From the NCBI RefSeq assembly GCF_022539665.2, contig NC_081333.1, positions 12,090,001 through 12,154,000 of the forward strand: 64,000 bases of DNA, read 5' to 3'. Of this stretch, positions 14,690 to 28,026 are shown piece after piece; position 1 is the first letter of the stretch; each line of letters opens with the position of its first letter. The translations under genes and the position numbers were made by a program. The notes beneath the pieces are model-generated. The model saw only the letters and a program-made list of their open reading frames with translations. It did not search any database and had not been told where the DNA came from. The DNA comes from Daphnia carinata (lineage: Eukaryota).

Positions 14690-17600
14690 GAAGAGAAATG
14701 GCTGCGTGTACATATAGGCGCTCCTATTCTCCATAACTAATAGCTCTCAATTAGTTGCGTCGTATGCAGATTCCGTTAGGCCATTTTCAATGTCGTGGCT
14801 GGAGAACCCTCGACTTCTTTTTCAACAGCAGCTGATCAAAGTCTGATTTTTTGAAGGCTGTTATTCTCATTTTTTTTTTTTTTGCCAAGTGTTTGCCTCG
14901 ACCTCAATGGCCTGCAAAGCCAAGGCCTGGAAACAAAAACAAAGTGTTTAACGTGATGGTTCTTTTTTTTTTATGTACTAAACGACAATCTGCACAGGAA
15001 TGTCTATTCCGAAATGGAGACAACTAAAAAAGAAATACCTGGCCTCGAAAAGCTGCTAGTACATAAAGGGATATGGCATTTTATTAGATGATCATCTACA
15101 AATAGGATTTTTATTATTTTCTTTTTTCATATTTCCCTGTTTGAAAGAATCGGAACAGAAAAGAGCGGCTCGTTGTGGGTATTTTTCTCATCGGAAGGAA
15201 ATAAAGAGATGTGTGTAAATGTAGGCGGGGTTCACTGTCGTCAGGTCGAAGAAGAAAAAAAGAAATGGAGGGAGCTACGGATATCTCATTTTCACCTACT
15301 GCCATATCATCAATTCGTTTAAAGATCGGCCCACCCTGAGGAATTTACGAGTGCTCATCTGCCAACGGATGGGTAAAAAGACTTCCCATGGCTGCTGAAA
15401 CGTTTCAAAACCATATCATCAACAAGGAAGGGGGACCCCCAAAAAAGAAATGAGCCATCCACGGACGGGTCAATTGAACCAAAAAAAAAAAAAACGAGGG
15501 GAAAGAGAGTTTAGTTTTGAGGAGTGTGCCGAATCTTGTGACACTGGCAGGGACTTACGCGTGTTATATACCGGACCAATAAGGGAAATGACTGCACAGG
15601 CCATCAGTTGATATTTTTCTTACAATACCACACAGTCACCATCGATATACGTGAACAAATCTATAGCGAGAGCATGACGGTATACATGTACCAGCAGCTG
15701 GGCAGGCCGGTCCCCCCCCCCCCCAAAAAAAAGGGGATCCCTTTTTTTTTATATTTTATTTCCCCCCTCCTGAGTTTCTTCCCGAATGAAAAGAAGAAAA
15801 AAAAAAGAAGGCGGAGTGGCAGCAACTAAGCAATGAAACATCACAAACTCAACAAAAGAAGGAAGCTGTACACAGTAGAAAAGAAAATGTTAACCATCAG
15901 CAGAAGAATAAAAGGGAACAAGTAGTTTACTATGTATGGGCATATATAGGCGGATGGATGGGGGGGGGGGTTGGGGTTGGAAAAAGGGACATGAATGGTT
16001 TTTTTCACTATAGAGTCTACTTTGGAACGCGTTACTAATGCTAATGAAACTGTCACTTGGCTCTCACTAGTAACTCTTGACGATTGGGCTTCTAGTGAAC
16101 AACAAACTTGAAAAGAATTTTTGATTTTCACTCGTCCCACCTGGTGGTAAGGAAACGGTAAAAAAAGGGATTATCGAAAGGAGAAATAAAGTGAGATGAT
16201 GAACGAACAGAGATAGAAATAAATAGAAAAAAAAAAGGACCGAACGTTTAAAAGTCGTGATTGCGATAGAGTCGAAGTCCTTCGGAACGTATCGGTGTTC
16301 TTTCAACAGCGATCGTATGTAAAAAGGGCTGCTCTGTTGTCTTCAATTGCGTCCTGCTGAGTGATTCACGCACGACATGTTGCCAAGAAAAGGATCAAAG
16401 AGATTATCTATTTTTATTCCCCACCAAAGAAATAAGAAGATGAAAAACGAACGATGGCGATAGAGAAAGTCCTTCAAAACAAAGTTGTTTTCCTTTTTTT
16501 TTTTTTTTTTTTTTCTTTTTCGTTTCAAATTTATTATCCCTTTCGTTTGTTCTCTATAAAGACGGCCTTTTTAATACATCGAACGAAATAGCTGCGTTCA
16601 GTCAACGCTCGTCATCCCAAATAAAGAGTTTGCGGTCACAACCGAAAAGAAATTGAGCGGTACATTTTTGTGGCCTTTCGTGATTCCCACCTTTATTTTT
16701 TTTTTTTCGGCATGTATTCATGTATCGGCATGTTCCCATTATCGTCGAGAACATGATGCAATGAAAACTCTGCGGCCGATTAAAAAATAAAAAATTCCCC
16801 AAACCCAAAACACCTGGCCGCACACGTAACAATAATCCCACCCCTGTTCTTCGTGGTTGTTGACACCCTTCTTCTCTCTCCCCCCCCCCCCCCCCCCCCT
16901 TTAAATTCTTTCACCACCGCTGCTGTGAAATATATATTTTTTTTTAATCCATCAAAAAAAAAGGTGTGATGATGGCATCCGGCCTGCGATGGATTGAGAC
17001 ACTGACGGAGCATCAGCGGTTACATCAACATCTATTACATATTTACATGTAGAGGTTGTTCCGTCGTAAGGGATAGAATAGAATCAAATAGATGGCAGGT
17101 CAGGTACGTAGGCAATTAAATATGGAAAACTACGAGAGTGGGGAAGAGAATGGGAGAAAAACTGAAGATCGCGTGATACAATCACGCGCGGTAGACCTCT
17201 GTGAACCCTGGCGGGGGTTGCGGCATTTTCTCTCCCTCCTGGGCCCGCATAGGGCAGCACACGCGATTAGATGTTAAACAGCCGACTCCCCGTCATCCGA
17301 GGAATGGCCAGCGGGATCGTCACACTACACAGTACTTTTTTTTTTTTGCCTTTCATTCCCAACTCATTTATAGAGAATCCCACACACGATAGAGAGATGA
17401 AAAAGAAATGAAGCCATCAACGGGAAATATCTCCATCAAACGATTTCTCTCCGCGTTCGCTCCATTCGTTCCAGTCCGTTTTGATTTTTTTAAATTCTAA
17501 AAAAAAAAAAATGAACTAAATCCAAAATTTTGTTTTGGAAAGAAAATTCAATAACTACGTCCGTTGTTTGATGTGCGGTCAGCAATGAACCGGCACAATT

Positions 17601-20600
17601 TTTTTCGGCCACTACCCACTTCATTTTTTGTAGTTTAATATTCTTCTATACCTTTAGGTATTTTTTGATTTAAAACAAAAAAATGTGTTTCCTTTTTGCC
17701 TCGTCTACATCGACAGACGATATGCCTATTGTGTGTGTGTGTGTGTGTGTGTGTAACCTTTCCTTTAAAAATCCACTGTTTGAAAAAGGCAGGGAGCCCG
17801 TCTGACGGACCTCCTGCCGGCCCTTGAGTTTCATGCGGCGCGTTCGAAAGGTATAGAGAGGCCCAAAAATGAAAATAGAAACAAAAGATAATGTTAGAGA
17901 GGAAGGAAATGTTTGCACGAAATCGACGCTTTAGCTTGGGTGGGCTGCCATTGTGCTGTCTCATGACGGAACGATGAAGCCATCGCGGGCCATATTGAAT
18001 ACATAAAAATATATATATATATATATATGCAGTATATATATATAAATACTGAAGGAAGAAATAATTTAAGAAAAAGGGAAAGCAAGTTACAGCAGTGCGT
18101 TTTGTTTTATATCGACGTGTAGTCGGCCATCCTCCGAGTCTCATTACCATCCATTTGGAAGCGGTTGAACAGCAGACTCTTGAGCGAGGGGGGGGGGGGG
18201 GGAGTTAGCTCACATTTCAATAAATCATCGACGATTTCTCAGTCTTTTATCTCCTTTATGTTTTTTGCCTGGGTCGATAAGAAAGTTTCGATGAATCAAA
18301 TAAAATATGCATCCATGTTTTGTATCCGTTTCATTTGCATTAATCGTTTCCTTTTTTCTTTTTAAACCAGCTTGCCGTGAAACTGCCTTCATCTACGCCC
18401 TGATGTCTGCCGCAGTGACGCACTCGGTCTCGCGAGCCTGCTCCGAAGGTGCCATCGAGTCTTGCACTTGCGATTACAGCCAACGCGGTCCGTCTGGAGC
18501 CGACTGGGAATGGGGCGGCTGCTCGGACAACATCCAGTTCGGTGTCAAATTCTCTCGCGAATTCGTCGACGCCGGAGAAAAAGGACGCGACATCCGCTAC
18601 ATGATGAACCTCCACAACAACGAAGCCGGCCGAGTGGTAAGTTGAATCTTTTTTGTTTTTTAAATTCAATGATCGATCTATCGAAATGGGACAATCAAAT
18701 AGTTGAGGACGTCCGTCGCCATTTTATTAGGCCTAGTCAACTAGGCATTCAAAGGCAATGATCTTCTTGATTATTCCCCTTTTATTTTTATGATTGCATC
18801 AGACTTTGTAATAAGAATTCCGTTTAAAAAAAAAAAAAAAGCTGGGGAGGGGTTGAATTGAGTTGAGAAAAGATGTTTTTGACGTGATGAAGGCACTCCC
18901 GCGCTAGCTCCGGTATGCCTTTATAATATGCATGAGCAGAGGCTATACATGATGAATCGAGAAAAATAGAAGGATCAGATACGCGTAGAGATGGGAGGTC
19001 ATGATAGGGGTATATACAGAAAGCAATAGAAAAAAAAAAGAAGGGGGGGGGGAGTGTTAATGGCTGCCATCCCCAGAGCAATTATGTAAAGTATACATGG
19101 ATTTATACACACGAATAAGTTTAGATGTCTATATAGCTGTGGTGCCTATCTATTAATGCACCCATCTTTTCGTATATGGCCGGCCCTTGTTGCACACGGC
19201 CACATAAACTTTTTTTTTTTTTTCCTATACACGTTTTCAAACGATTCTCGCGACTCCCACGCTGGCGGGCGAGAAAAAATATATGGCCACACACACACAC
19301 ACACACACACACGCGCGCGCGCATTTCATTCTCTCCGGGGTCTCATAATTTATTAACTATTACCTGTTTCTTGTGTGTGTGTGTTTCTCTCTTCCTCCCC
19401 CCCCCCTCTTCCTTTTCTCTTTTTGAAAGTCTTTTACCAGGTAAATAACTCAATTGATCGTGATATTTCTATTTGAGAAATCTTTCCTTTTTTTTTTCAA
19501 AGGATAATATACCACCCTTTATATTTTTCTCGGTGTGCGTCTACGGAGGTAATAGTCAGCTATAAACACGATGTGGGGCTGTTTTGAAATCGTGCTGTTA
19601 ATTCTTTTCTGAAACAACAATCGAAGGGGGGGGGGGATAAAGAAACGCATTCGAAGAAACCCGTCAATTTCACCTGGTAATTATAGTTGAAAAAAACACG
19701 TGTCAGTCGTAACTCTTGGCCCAGTTTTGAAAAATTCTTGAAAGAAAGTCCAAGAAAAAAAATAAAATCAGTTCCTCTCTTGGGTTTTTATTCATTTTTT
19801 CAACGATCCATTAGGAAGACATTACAATATTTTGTTAGCTGCTTTGCGAAAGAGGCCTTTTTTTTCTTTTTTCTCCTGCATCTGTTATGGTTGTCTTTGT
19901 AATAGACGCGTATAGCTCTTTTTTACCTACGACTTCATGAGCTCGCCCAAGTTGGGGGCCGCCAATGAGGACCACAAAACATGCGGCGGCCCGCTGCGCT
20001 TGCATCGCTAAACGGATTTATTTATACTGAACAAAATTGGGGAAAGGCAAGAAGAAACAAAAGCAAAATGAAAAAAAAAAAAAGGCCTACAGGTCTGCAG
20101 CTTTATCATGAAAGAAGAAAAAATTCTAGTCGAGAACGAGCCATTTTTTGATGGGGGCAAACCCTTTGAACTAAAGAGCCACTTATCATGGCCGACCTCT
20201 TCTTGTGCGATCCTCCACCTTTTTATTTTTCTAAACGTCTCGGTGCATTCCGTCGAATTAAAACTTTGTAATCAGGAACACGGGGAACCCACACACACGC
20301 AGAAACGCGCACACAAACAAGAACGGACAATATAAATCACAAGTTTTTTTTTGTTTTTTTTTTCAAGTTTATTCGACTTTCTCGGAGTCCGTCCACTTCT
20401 TCTAGCCAACGAAAGGTCGGGTCTGATTCTCTATAGGAAGCAAAGGTTACATTAGTCTTACACCGTAACTAGGCTTGAAGAGGGCGGCCAATTAGTTTTT
20501 TTTCTTTTATTTCTTTAATGCCTGTTTTGATTGCTCTAATAGGACCCCACATTTTATCTTTTGACTCTCTCCCGCACCATGAATTGAAATTCTATGCCAG

Positions 20601-21233
20601 TTGAAAAATAGGGTGACTCATTAATTCCCATTTGTTTTTTTTGTTTTTTGTTTTTTTTTTCATCTACAAACACTTGAATTTTAAACAAATGAAGACACAC
20701 ACGCTAAGCAATCGTTCTCTTTTCTTTTTGATTTGCAGCACGTTTCGACCGAGATGAGACAAGAGTGCAAGTGTCACGGAATGAGCGGCTCGTGCACGGT
20801 GCGGACTTGTTGGATGCGTTTGCCTTTCTTCCGGGTGGTCGGCGACAACTTGAAGGACCGTTTCGACGGAGCGTCGCGAGTCCTCATCAGCAACACTGGA
20901 CGGACGCCGGGCAACGGCCGCAAGAAGTACAACTACCAGCTGAAACCTTACAATCCCGAGCACAAAGCGCCGTCCAAGAAGGATTTGGTCTACTACGAGA
21001 ACTCGCCCAACTTTTGCGAGAAGAACCTCAAATTGGGCATCGCCGGGACGCAGGGCCGCGTCTGCAACGAGACGTCGATCGGCGTCGACGGCTGCGATCT
21101 GATGTGCTGCGGTAGAGGCTACAAAACGGAGGTGAAGGAGGTGGTCGAACGATGCGCCTGCACTTTCCACTGGTGCTGCGAAGTCAAGTGCAAAGTTTGC
21201 CGGACCAAGAAAACGATCCACACTTGTCTGTAG
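8246..21233 (+). CDS. wg: Wnt1 / wingless, 4 coding exons: 8246-8346, 11868-12145, 18371-18636, 20739-21233 (379 aa)
   Basis: Exon 1 (absent from the ORF track) encodes a signal peptide [24 protein letters not shown] followed by [20 protein letters not shown], the Wg-type N-terminus. Also [54 protein letters not shown], the lipidation motif [10 protein letters not shown] and the C-terminus [26 protein letters not shown]. All introns GT-AG with phases 2,1,0; 1140 nt in frame. Confidence 0.96.
14669..14692. repeat. (GAA)8 trinucleotide repeat in Wnt1 intron 2
   Basis: Read directly from the sequence. Confidence 0.85.
17730..17754. repeat. (TG)12 microsatellite in Wnt1 intron 2
   Basis: Read directly from the sequence. 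Confidence 0.9.
19288..19323. repeat. (CA)12(CG)5 compound alternating purine-pyrimidine tract in Wnt1 intron 3
   Basis: Read directly; Z-DNA-prone composition. Confidence 0.85.
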
Positions 21234-22530
21234 AGAAAATATGCAAGTCAAGTGAACAAAACACATCAGACAACCAATTTTCCAGCTCCAAAAAAGAGGC
21301 AACGAAGAAAACAAAACCAACGGGGGGGGGGGGGGGGGGGGAACAAATTGGCCAATTTTCAAGTGCCCCATTTTTTTTTTTTAGAAATACTTTAAAATTA
21401 TCCTATAAATATGAGACATCACATTTTGACACATGCGATTCGACTATTATAATGATGAACACTATCGTGCCTTTTAAACCAACTTGTTAGCGTGTTGTAA
21501 ATTGTATTCCTTTTTCATTTTGTTTTGGTGGCCTGCACCAAGAAGCAAGAATCGGGCGTTTTTCTTTTCAATTCGTTTCTCGGTTCTTTTCAACTACTTT
21601 TTTTTTTTTCGTCTTCAACTAATTATTCTCCCCTTCTCTCGCCTGTTTCTCATCACCGTCTTCTCCTGCCGACGCCATTCGTATTGATACAAACTAGTCA
21701 CCGTCTTTTATTACAATATGCGTATGATCTGTGTTTGATTGAAAAAAAAAAAAATAATAATAATAGGACATCGCGCCTCTCACCCTCCGTAACCACCCAG
21801 CCTACTTTGTCTCCATTTTCCTCCGAATTTTGTTAGTTGACTTTGGATCAATTTCTTTTTTATTTATAACGAATTTTTTTTTTCTTGAAATCGAAAGCGC
21901 GCGCGATTCGAAACTTGCTGATTCCTTATAGCCGATTAGACGGTCTAAAGAAATACTCGCCAATGTTCCGCCCTTTTTATTTTTCATTCTCCTTAAAAAA
22001 AAAAAAAATCATTTCCTATTCTCATGTGTCCAATCCTTTTTTGTACAGTCCTTTCCCTACACCATCCGTTTGTTTTTTTCCGCGCATCTTCTGCAAGACA
22101 TTGAAGACAAGTGGAAGAAGATTCCCTTATCCCCGCTCTCATTGTTGATATCAAACTTTATATATATATATTATATATGTAGCAGCAAGCAGCGACAAGT
22201 ATCCCATTGTAAACATGTGTACATGTTTTTATTCGTCTTTAATTTTTTTTTTTTGTTCATTTTAATATTTTTTTCTTTCAAAAAATGCCAATTTTTTTTT
22301 TCTTGTTTCTTTTTCTCTTTTGGGGTTCACTGATGCCGTGATTGTGTGTGTGTGTGTGTGAATGCGTGTTATTTTTCTCTTTGGGAGGGCAGTACGAACA
22401 GGGGACTATGGGTGGGCATTTTTGAATTTCTGTTGAAAAAAAAAATGGGGGGCGGAGTTAGAACGAAACCATGTTTGATTATATTTCTTTATCCCCCATT
22501 TGCTCGTGTCGGTAAAGCATAATACCAGCC

Positions 22531-22536
22531 AATAAA
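22531..22536 (+). terminator. Candidate Wnt1 polyadenylation signal
   Basis: AATAAA about 1.3 kb after the Wnt1 stop, following a U-rich 3' UTR-like tract; motif only. Confidence 0.45.
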
Positions 22537-25500
22537 ATAAGAGAGAACAAACGTTACCAAAAAAAAAAAAAACAACACGAAGAAAATTGTCTTGTCCTTA
22601 ACTCATTGTTTAACACAGTTCTATACTATAACAGACCAAGCGAGTTCTCGTTAGTTCTCAGCTGACCGATGTATACAGTCTCCACACGTCCTGGACATAA
22701 AAAAAGAGATGACAAAGTCTAGAGAAAGAGGAACATTAAAATTCACCTCGACAAAAAAAAAAAAAAATGGCGAGGACCACTGCGTAACATGTCACTCGAA
22801 GAAAACAAGGGACTCTCAGTTTTAAAATGCGTGGGGTATGTTGAAAAAGAAAAAGCTTTTTAGCTTGTTGACACTTTTCTTGCTACAAACATTATTTATG
22901 GCTTATTTCACGCTGGTGTTGGTGCTAGATTGAAAAACACACGCAACCCTACCAAATAGGAAGAGAAAGATGGTTTTTTATTTTTTTTTAAAGAAAATGG
23001 CCGGAAGTGTGGCCGCGTAAGTGTTGGGTAACGTCCTCACCGTCCTACTCAACTGTATAGGTTGGAGCGAAATATGATGGGTTCATCCTTCTTATACCCT
23101 TTCGATATTTTCCTCCCACTGTTTTTTGACCCTCTCATTTCTATATTAGAATGTGTAAAAAAAAAAAAAAAACACTTTCACGGACTAACCTTTCGGATAT
23201 TTGCTGTGACATGGCGTAAAAGCCACATAAAATATCTTTTCCTTTAAGCATCCCTTTAAAAAATCTAACGCACCACTAACATCGAAGTCTTCCTGAAAAA
23301 CATTTGAAATAACCGGCTACAACACGGGCGTTCGTAGAAAAAAGGAAAAAGAAAGTCTCCAACTGAACGAGAAGAGGAAGAAGAAAAAAAAAAAGGGCAA
23401 ACGTTGTTGGCACTTTCCTGGAACATATAGAGCGCTCTCGCTCTTTCGGGTTGGCTCAGTTGTCTCACAAGGTTATGTACTCGTTTTCTGTTACACGAGA
23501 CTGTTATTACACCACAGAGAAATGCTAAGATTTATAGGGTGACTGCTGGCTCTAAAAAGTGTCTTGTTATTTCGTAACTTGGAAAGGAGTCGATGCAAAA
23601 CAGGACAAAATTCGGAGACGATGTCAATTCACGCGAACAGAGTTGAATCATTGTCACTTTCCGGGCCTATAATGTTTTTTTGTTTTTTTCCATAGACTAT
23701 TGAATAGAAATGGTTAAAATTTTAAGTTTTTTCAATCACTTTTCTAGTTTCAGCAACCAGCCGCCATGGCAATAGAAAGGAAGACGATTGACTCACGTAC
23801 AGGATTCAACGAATCGCTTTGAAATGGAATATTTCTTTTCATTGCGTTCCACGTCAATTCGTGGCGATAAAAACAGCCGATCGTTTGACGCTTATCTTCT
23901 TCTTCACTTGTGATTCGCCATGGGTCCGTGCAAAAAAAAAAAATCTAATCCTCTAATAGTAAAAGTAAGTCCATCTAAATGACGTCCGACTCGGGCATGA
24001 AACGAAAATGCAATAGAAGAACAAAGGAAGGAAACGAAATAGAACGTGATAAAACGACGAGAAGAGTGAGTCGATGTAAATGATCTCTCAACTCTATTTA
24101 ATATTTTTATGACTTTAAAAGTTCTGCGTCGACGCGCACAAGCCCCGTGCTCGGTCACGTCAGCCGTTTTCTCTCTCTATATATGTCTCTTTGCTTGCCT
24201 GTTGACTGGCTGATGCTCGTAACTTTGCCTCTCTGCCAAGGGATATGGAAGATGACTTCCCAGCAGCAGCCAAAGAGGTTCATAAATGTCAAATAATGGC
24301 CCAAGGGCTGCTCGTATCTCGTCGACATTAAAAGCAATCAGCAGCAGCTAGCAACAGCGCTTCAGATTTGAAGCTTTACTTTTTATTTATTCATTTTTTT
24401 TTACCCATTTTTGAATCATAAAAAAAACAACCAAAACTATTTTTTTTCTCCAAAAAAGCGGGGTTTTAAAAACAAGGTTGATCTGCCCTTCAATCGTCCT
24501 CATCTGCTGTATTATACTATGATTATATATACATACATGTGTCTATACATCTGGCATATAAAAAAATGCATCTACCTGGCCTCCCCCCCTGTTCGTATCC
24601 ATTTGATCACATTTTCTCATGCATCGTAAAAATTCCTGACCGAATCAAAGAGAGAGTTGCTCGATTGATTCATTTCAATTTTCGGAGTTGCCTCAAGTTC
24701 TCGGAAATAGCCGGCCGATCATTTTCTTCAACGACTAAACGCCACATTTCCAATCGAATATCCTTACCAAGAATAAGAGAAAACGTTTGACTTTTCAAGC
24801 AAACAATAATAAATTGAAAGTGCGAAGGGCCTTTATAATTTCATTTGGTGACGTGGCTGGACTTTCACTCACCCTGGTCACGTTTATACAATGTGAAGGT
24901 GCGCGTATGGACACACGTAATTACTTGATGGGCTTGCATAAGCAGTCGAGGTTGGAAACGTGTGCATGCTCAGGTACGATCGGTGCTCCTTGACCCAGAG
25001 TAAATTTTCCGAGCCCGACAGAGGGATGACTCTCGCGACCCTCCTTCATTCCTCTTCGTCTTTTTTTTTTTCTATGCTGGGCCAACGACGATGGATTGGC
25101 CTCTCCCATCAGCCGTCGTATCACCGTCAGACAGTCATAAATGTTTCATTCTACTCCATCATCCGCCCACCTTTCAGATTCCACCAACGTTTTTAACATT
25201 TATAGGATGCTCGTCTATCTGCTGGCCAATCGGAATAAAGTCTGTTTTTTTTTTTTTCTTTCTTCTTCTCTTGAATTTTTCTTTGACAACGAGTCGCACA
25301 CACATCCAGACACACAGACACGTAACGAAATAATAATAATAAAAAAAAAGGTTCTAATGTTTGATTTATTTCGTGGATGGAGGGGGGAAGTTGATTTTCG
25401 GAATGAAATCAACGAAAGAAAACGAAGAGCGAAAGGGTCCCAGCTGTTTTTTTTTTTTTCTTGTTTTGTTTTTTAACATTTTTATTTGACGAACAGATTT

Positions 25501-25920
25501 TATGAGTAGGGCTTTCTTTTTTTTTCTAAATCATTATTTAGTTTTTTTTATTACTATTTTGTTGTTGTTTTTCTTTAACCATGGGATCGTAACTCATAAT
25601 CACAGATGTACGAACGTGCATGTGGCCAGTTAAGAAAAAACACATTGGGTGGAAATTGTCAGTTTTTTCAGGAAACATTGGTTTTACTTTAGAAAAACAA
25701 ATATGGGAAAAAGATAAACCAATCCATCAAAAGGATTACATCACTCGAAGATACTGTGGAGCCAAAACGTAACTTGTGCTTTAGCTTCCCTTGTTAAATC
25801 GACCATTAAAAAAGATACATTATTCTAAGGAAAACTAATATTTTATTTGAAATTAATGTTCGAATTCGATTATAAAGAGGTTAGGTTCAATATTACACTC
25901 TAACTTCTTTTCATCAAAAA

Positions 25921-27472
25921 TTGGGCTTAGGAAAATAAGCCCGACAAAATAGGCCCGATAAAATAAGCCCAGCAAAGTAAGCCCGACTTTTTCTGTTTTT
26001 TTTTTTTTTAGAACCCTGAAATTGCTATAAAAATACCTGATTCAGATTCTAATTTAAACGAGAATCGGGAAAATTGATTTTGTTTTTACGTTGGACTTGA
26101 AGTTTTTTAAGTAAAAATATAAAACACGTTAACATAGTTGGTGCGCCAGCACGCTACGTGCAAGAGCGTATTCATTGTGTACATTTCAAAACTGGGTGAT
26201 TTGGCGAGAAAACGAATCTTTTTTTCGGAATCACCATAGAATTTTGAGCATATGGTGTGATTTTTAATGTATTCCAAGAGATTTTGATTTTTGGCTGATT
26301 TTGACAAAAGTGAGAAGGCTATAGCCTTCCCACTTTTTCATTTTTGGCCAAAATTTAGATATAGTTTGAAATACATGATTTCAATTCAGAATTGAACGAA
26401 AATCACGAAAATCGAGAGTTCATTTAGACGCAAGCCTTATCGTTTTTGAGTTATTTCAATTCAAAGGGGTTAGTCGGAAACCACTTTCATCGTATTTTAG
26501 TCAAGAACCCCAAAACTGATTGAAAAACTAATATTTTATCCGGAATCAGGGATCAATTTTGGTTATAGCAAGTTATGTTTCATTGGATTCCAAGCCAAAA
26601 TTATCATTTTTATTATGCCTGAAAATAAGCCCGACAAAATAAGCCTGACACAATAAGCCCGACTTTTTTTTTATTGTAATCGTTTTGTTCAAAAATCTAT
26701 ATGGAACTATGGAAATACATGATTTATAATCACGATCGAACGAGAATAACGAGCATTAGGTTTGTTTGTAACATTGGGCTTATGGTTTTGTCAAATAAAA
26801 CCCAGAAAACGGATGGGTAATGCTGGCGCATTTTGGTTCCAACTATTCATGTATTGGCTGGTTTAAACAGAAAATGAACCATATTTTCTGAATCAGCATT
26901 TAATTCTGAATATACCGTGTGATTTTTAACGTATTCCAAGAGCTTTCGATTTTTAGCTGATTTTGACAAAAGTGAGAAGGCTATAGCCTTCCCACTTTTT
27001 CATTTTTGGCCAAATTTCAAATTTGGCTTAAAACATACGATTTCGATGTAGAATTGAATGCTAATCACGAAAATTAAGTTTATTTTTCAATTGGTCGTAT
27101 AGTTTTTGAACTAAACCCAAAAAACCAAGAAGGTCGGGCTTATTTTTTTGTCGGGCTTAAAATTTCTATTTATTTAAAAATCTAAATCTCTTGGAATACG
27201 TTAAAAATCATCACGATTTCGATTCAAAATTTAACGAGGACTACAAAAATTGACTATGTTTTTGTACGAAACGTTTCGTTTTCGAGTTATTTAAATCCAA
27301 AGTTGCTGCACTAAAATCACTTCAATTCCGTTTTGTTAAAAATTCGATATAATTGACGCGACAACTTACCCCGTTCTCGGAATCGGCGTTTAGTTGTAGG
27401 ATTAATGGTAAATTCTCCTGAAATTTCAAATGAAAATTTTAGCCGGGCTTCTTTCACTTAGGGGAAGCCCAA
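25921..27472. mobile_element. Non-coding modular repeat, probably a non-autonomous DNA transposon (MITE/foldback-like)
   Basis: Imperfect inverted termini TTGGGCTT (25921) and AAGCCCAA (27465-27472). Arrays of a 14-bp unit AAAATAAGCCCGAC (x4 at 25932-25987, x3 at 26622-26663, inverted copies at 27133-27158 and ~27442-27450). A ~155-bp direct repeat (~26255-26412 vs ~26917-27074) containing a 32-bp quasi-palindrome. No transposase ORF and no clean target-site duplication seen. Confidence 0.65.
26306..26337. repeat. 32-bp quasi-palindrome AAAAGTG-A-GAAGGCTATAGCCTTC-C-CACTTTT (copy 1; identical copy at 26968-26999)
   Basis: Perfect 16-bp palindrome GAAGGCTATAGCCTTC extended by 7-bp arms across one mismatch; the two copies are 662 bp apart. 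Confidence 0.9.
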
Positions 27473-28026
27473 ACTATTTCTTCTGAAGTAAGTTTAGGGT
27501 GATTTTAAGTTCGATTTCTAAGTGGGTGGTGCCTTAATTAATGAAAGGTATATCGTCACATGATGGCAACATCTCCATAACATTAGCGAAATAAATGGTT
27601 AACCAGTAAAAACAGAGGGTACCCAATAAAAATATTGGTCAAATGGCGTTCACTATATTCAAACAATTTAAAGGAGAAATCTAAAAAAAAAAAAAAACAC
27701 ATAACACGGAAAACAAATTCATATGAAAAAAGTTAACGTGTCGTTTTTCTCTATGACCGATCGACACGACATCCATTGGTAAACAACAACAACCAACCAA
27801 CGAAATACCTTGGCAAAGTTTTCCTTTTTTTTTTTTCTCCACAAAACGTTATAAAGGGATGGATTAGGGTTATAGTACTAATCCAAAAATAAACGACAAA
27901 ACTGTACAACACCATCAGAGAAAATATTTCAATCAAATGGAGGGTATCAGAGGTAACGGACGGGACTCAATTGACGGGACTGCCCGATGAACAAAACGTT
28001 TGATTGTCCGTTCTACGTATCAAACA

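Noticed and set aside
20664..21371. 235-aa antisense ORF over Wnt1 exon 4 (similar ones at 11758-12224, 18340-18669, 32601-32999, 52299-52724, 53441-53923)
   Set aside because: Shadow frames of GC-rich Wnt coding exons with no recognisable protein features.
23785..23798. 14-mer CGATTGACTCACGT shared with 50098-50111
   Set aside because: Several shared 14-mers are expected by chance in 64 kb.
25932..26663. 14-bp repeat arrays as a CRISPR-like array
   Set aside because: Eukaryotic context, head-to-tail units without unique spacers, no cas genes; they fit transposon subterminal repeats.
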